A DNA stretch of 64,000 nucleotides. Origin: Spirochaetia bacterium. Its GTDB lineage: Bacteria > Spirochaetota > Spirochaetia > SZUA-6 > Bin103. The stretch lies in the NCBI GenBank assembly GCA_965203055.1, contig OZ241863.1:1280001-1344000 (forward strand), written 5' to 3'. How positions within the stretch are numbered: the stretch's first letter is position 1; each line of letters starts with the position of its first letter. Below the pieces are notes generated by a model. The model saw nothing but the letters and a program-made list of their open reading frames with translations. It did not search any database and was not told where the DNA came from. The position numbers and the translations under genes were made by a program. This document shows, one piece after another, positions 60,577 through 64,000 of the stretch.

Positions 60577-61989
60577 CTAGAACTCGTAGTCCAGCTTGAC
60601 CCTGTCCGGCCCCATGAGCTGCTCCATCTCACGCGCGAAGTTGCGCATTGCCTCGACTGCGGTCCACTCGCCGATGATGATCCGGCCCACCGCTTCGCGG
60701 ATCGCATTGTCGGGGCCGCCGGCAAAGCCGGCCACGAAGTGCGGCTTCATGTAGGTGTATTCCAGCCAGGTGCTGGTCTCGGCGAGGAACTCGTTCGCCT
60801 GGAAGGTGGGGTGCCGCATCACGTCCCAGCGGGTCGCCGCCTGCCCCTTGGTGGCGTTGTACTTGGCCTGGCGCTCGGTGGCGGAGAGAAATTCGATCAG
60901 TTGCCACGCGAGGTCGGCCCGCTCGGTGCTGCTGGCGGGTATCATGTAGTTCCAGCCGCCCGACTGCGACACCCAGTCCTGCCCGCGGAAGCTGGCGCCG
61001 GGTTCCTTGGCCGGCATCCTGGCGTAGCCCACGGTCTCTTGCAGGTCGGGGATCGGGTGCGACCGGCCTTCGCTCCAGTGGAACATGTAGGCCCACGAAC
61101 CGTACAGGTTGATCGCGCCGGCGCCACTCTGGAAGGCCTCGATCGACCAGTCGTTGGCCTGTCCGCCAACCGCGCGCTCGGGATCGAGCAGGCCGCGCTC
61201 GGTCATGGTCTGGTAGAACTCGAACACGTCCAGGAGCGGCTGGCTGGCGACGATCCACTTGTCGTCGTCGTAGTCGTAGAGCTGGCCGCCGGCGCCGTTG
61301 AACAGCAGGTTGAAGCGGCTGAACGTTACCTGCCCGCCGGCTTCCTTGCCGCCGATGAACAGCAGCGGCGTGACCTCGGGGAGGGCGGCCTTGATCTGCT
61401 CCGCGGCGGCGAGGATCTCGTCCCAACTGGTCGGCTGCCAGTCGCGGTCGAGCCCGGCCTGGGCGAACAGGTCCTTGCGGTAGTAGAGGGGAATGGCGCT
61501 GGACTGAATCGGGATCATGTAGACGTGGCCGTCGTGGCCCATCCAGCGGACGAACGGGTCGATCACCTGATCCCACAGCTCCCAATCCGCCACGTAGTCG
61601 TCGAGCGGCATCAGAAACCCGGCGCGCATGTAGTTCTGCGAGCGGCCCGTTTCCTCGAACAACAGATCGGGCCCCTGGCCGGAGCGCAGCTCCAGGGTGT
61701 TCTTGGTGGCGTATTCCGCGTTCGGACCCGCGAACCGCTGCAGATCGACGGTTACCGGGGTACCGGCGGCGGCCATCATCCGCTCGAACTCCGCGACGTC
61801 GGCGTCGGTGTCGGCGTCGAAACCGGGTGTGTTGGGCCGCAGCTTGAAGGTGAGCACCACCGGCTCGCCCGGCTCGGCAGGCTCGGCCGCGGTTCCCTCC
61901 TGGCCGGCCGCGCCCAGCGGGATGGCGGCCACCCCGGCCAGCAACAACGCGGTCACTACGTACTTCGCGAGCTTGGCATTCATCATCAA
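60577..61989 (-). CDS. Sugar ABC transporter substrate-binding protein
   Basis: Signal peptide; LYYRKDLFAQAGL, QPTSWDEIL; SD GGGAGG. Confidence 0.92.
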   Translation of the reverse strand: MMMNAKLAKYVVTALLLAGVAAIPLGAAGQEGTAAEPAEPGEPVVLTFKLRPNTPGFDADTDADVAEFERMMAAAGTPVTVDLQRFAGPNAEYATKNTLELRSGQGPDLLFEETGRSQNYMRAGFLMPLDDYVADWELWDQVIDPFVRWMGHDGHVYMIPIQSSAIPLYYRKDLFAQAGLDRDWQPTSWDEILAAAEQIKAALPEVTPLLFIGGKEAGGQVTFSRFNLLFNGAGGQLYDYDDDKWIVASQPLLDVFEFYQTMTERGLLDPERAVGGQANDWSIEAFQSGAGAINLYGSWAYMFHWSEGRSHPIPDLQETVGYARMPAKEPGASFRGQDWVSQSGGWNYMIPASSTERADLAWQLIEFLSATERQAKYNATKGQAATRWDVMRHPTFQANEFLAETSTWLEYTYMKPHFVAGFAGGPDNAIREAVGRIIIGEWTAVEAMRNFAREMEQLMGPDRVKLDYEF

Positions 61990-62278
61990 TCGCCTCCCTT
62001 ACGCTCTGCGCCGCCGTCCGGCAGCACTACACTGTCCGGCGGCGCCGCCTATTGTGAACCGTGATCCGCGGTCTTGCAAATGCGGGTAGGCGTTGGGGGG
62101 CGTCGGGCGGCTGGCGGCCGCGAACCGGACGTGACCCCTTGCGAAGATCTGCCGTAGATTGTCGGATCAACGGAATGCCGCCGCTATCTGATCGGAGCGG
62201 AGACGCCGCTCCGTCGCTGCTCACCCATTATCTGAGCGAGGCCATCGACATCCTTGATGGCCGAACCGGGGCTCGCTG

Positions 62279-64000
62279 ATGCCGATCGATCGGCGGGAGC
62301 TGCTGAGCGATCTGCGGCGGCAGCTCCGGCTGCTGGAGCGGGACCTGGCCGCGCGCGCCGACAGCGTGCCGGAAATGGCCGCGGCGCTGGAAGCGGAGTA
62401 TCAGGCGGCGCGCGCCGCCGAGCGCACCGCCGCCACCTTCCGCGTCTGGCGCGCCGGCGAACTCACCCAGGCCGCAGTCGCGTGGCTGCTCGGCGCCGTG
62501 TTCGTGCGCTTCATCGAGGACAACGGGCTGATCGACGAGCCGCTGATCAGCGGCCCGCACCGTGCCATCGATCGGGCGGAGGAGCGCCAGCTACGCTACT
62601 TTCGCTCCCATCCCACCGCGACCGACCGCGACTACCTGCTACACGGGTTCGCCGCCGTCGCCCGCCTGCCGGCGCTGGCCATGCTCTACGACCGCGCCCG
62701 CAACCCGGTGTGGCGCCTCGGCATCTCCGGCGACGCCGCGCGCGGCCTGCTGGAGTTCTGGCGCACCGTGAACCCGGACACCGGCGTGCTGCGCCACGAC
62801 TTCACCGACCCCGAATGGGACACTCGCTTCCTGGGCGACCTGTACCAGGACCTGTCCGACGACGCCAGGAAGCGCTACGCCCTGTTGCAGACGCCGGAGT
62901 TCGTCGAGGAGTTCATCCTGGAGCGCACGCTGACGCCGGCGCTGGAACAGTTCGGGCTGGCCGCAGTGCGCCTGATCGACCCGGCCTGCGGGTCCGGTCA
63001 CTTCCTGCTCGGCGCGTTCCAGCGGCTGCTGCGCCGGTGGCGCGCGCGCGAGCCCGAAGCGCCGAAACAGGAACTGGCGCAGCGCGCGCTGGGCGCCGTG
63101 CACGGCGTGGACGTCAACCCGTTCGCCGCGGCGATCGCGCGCTTCCGGCTGGTGGTGGCGGCGCTGCGGGCGAGCGGCATCAGGCGCCTGCAAGAGGCGC
63201 CGGCGTTCCCGCTCAACGTGGCCGCGGGCGACAGCCTGCTCCACGGACGCCGCTTCGGCGAGCTGGACCTGGGCAGCGGCGCGGAACAGCACGCGCTCAC
63301 CGGCCAGGCGGAGTTCGCGCACGCCTTCCAGTCCGAGGACCTCGAGGCCCTGAACCGCATCCTCGGCCGGCAGTATCACGTGGTGGTAGGGAATCCGCCC
63401 TACATCACGGTGAAGGACAAGGCGGTCAACCAGTTGTACCGCGCACGCTACACGACCTGCCACATGAAATATGCCTTGAGCGTGCCATTCGCCGAGCGAT
63501 TGTTCGATTTGGCGCTGCGCGGCGAGTCGGCCGGGTACGTCGGACAGATCACCTCCAACTCGTTCATGAAGCGCGAGTTCGGAAGAAAGCTCATAGAACG
63601 TCTCATGCCGTCGGTCGATCTCACCCACGTAATAGATACCTCGGGCGCGTACATTCCGGGGCATGGGACTCCGACGGTAATCCTCATCGGTCGAAATCAG
63701 GCGCCTGCTTCCGAAACGGTTCGTGCAGCGCTTGGAGTAAGGGGTGAACCGGAACCGCCGACCGATCCTGCAAACGGGAAGGTCTGGACTGCGGTTGTCG
63801 ACCAGATCGACTTACCCGGAAGCGAATCGGAATGGATGAGCGTGTCTGACGTATACCGCAAGACATTTTACGATCATCCCTGGTCGATCAGGGGCGGAAT
63901 AGCTCGAGAATTACAGAGTCACTTGGAGTCGGAGTCGCCGCTAGTACTCGATGAGATTGTTACCGACGTGGGTATTACGGCGGTTACCGGAGAGGACGGA
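62279..64000 (+). CDS. pglX: BREX type 2 (Pgl) adenine methyltransferase PglX, 5' part (runs off the window)
   Basis: Translated by hand: MPIDRRELLSDL..., AVAWLLGAVFVRFIEDNGL, TRFLGDLYQDLS, LLQTPEFVEEFIL, IDPACGSGHFL, VVGNPPY, NSFMKREFG, GAYIPGHGTPT; open to 64000. Confidence 0.9.
   Translation, partial: MPIDRRELLSDLRRQLRLLERDLAARADSVPEMAAALEAEYQAARAAERTAATFRVWRAGELTQAAVAWLLGAVFVRFIEDNGLIDEPLISGPHRAIDRAEERQLRYFRSHPTATDRDYLLHGFAAVARLPALAMLYDRARNPVWRLGISGDAARGLLEFWRTVNPDTGVLRHDFTDPEWDTRFLGDLYQDLSDDARKRYALLQTPEFVEEFILERTLTPALEQFGLAAVRLIDPACGSGHFLLGAFQRLLRRWRAREPEAPKQELAQRALGAVHGVDVNPFAAAIARFRLVVAALRASGIRRLQEAPAFPLNVAAGDSLLHGRRFGELDLGSGAEQHALTGQAEFAHAFQSEDLEALNRILGRQYHVVVGNPPYITVKDKAVNQLYRARYTTCHMKYALSVPFAERLFDLALRGESAGYVGQITSNSFMKREFGRKLIERLMPSVDLTHVIDTSGAYIPGHGTPTVILIGRNQAPASETVRAALGVRGEPEPPTDPANGKVWTAVVDQIDLPGSESEWMSVSDVYRKTFYDHPWSIRGGIARELQSHLESESPLVLDEIVTDVGITAVTGEDG

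Overview
High-GC (about 70% by eye) bacterial chromosomal segment. The gene mix suggests an uncultured host-associated heterotroph such as a sponge-symbiont Spirochaetota MAG; this is inference only. The backbone is catabolic: four carbohydrate ABC transporter clusters, three PhyH-type dioxygenases, two sulfatases, an enolase-family enzyme, a Gfo/Idh/MocA oxidoreductase, an epimerase, a glycosyl hydrolase, zwf, addAB, arsR-arsP and tRNA-Arg(CCG). Accessory or defence genes and their relics are interleaved: tandem Uma2 nucleases, an AAA_21 + TOPRIM-like pair, a decayed hsdS-AIPR-hsdR locus, Fic, MNT-HEPN, Rpn and BREX-2 pglX. Main highlights: (1) Four copies of a DUF222-like/HNH gene family. 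They share a leaderless sigma70 promoter geometry, carry an in-frame array of palindromic ACTTCGGCNNCGAAG repeats with variable spacers, are flanked by a recurrent TTGGAARYGCGCCC motif and usually sit just 3' of R-M gene ends. (2) An OsmC-like selenoprotein with an in-frame UGA at the catalytic Cys and a SECIS-like hairpin. (3) An orphan NHLP RiPP precursor with core YDWSTFGQNW. Several single-base frameshifts could be long-read errors rather than real lesions. All family calls come from motif recognition, not from database searches.
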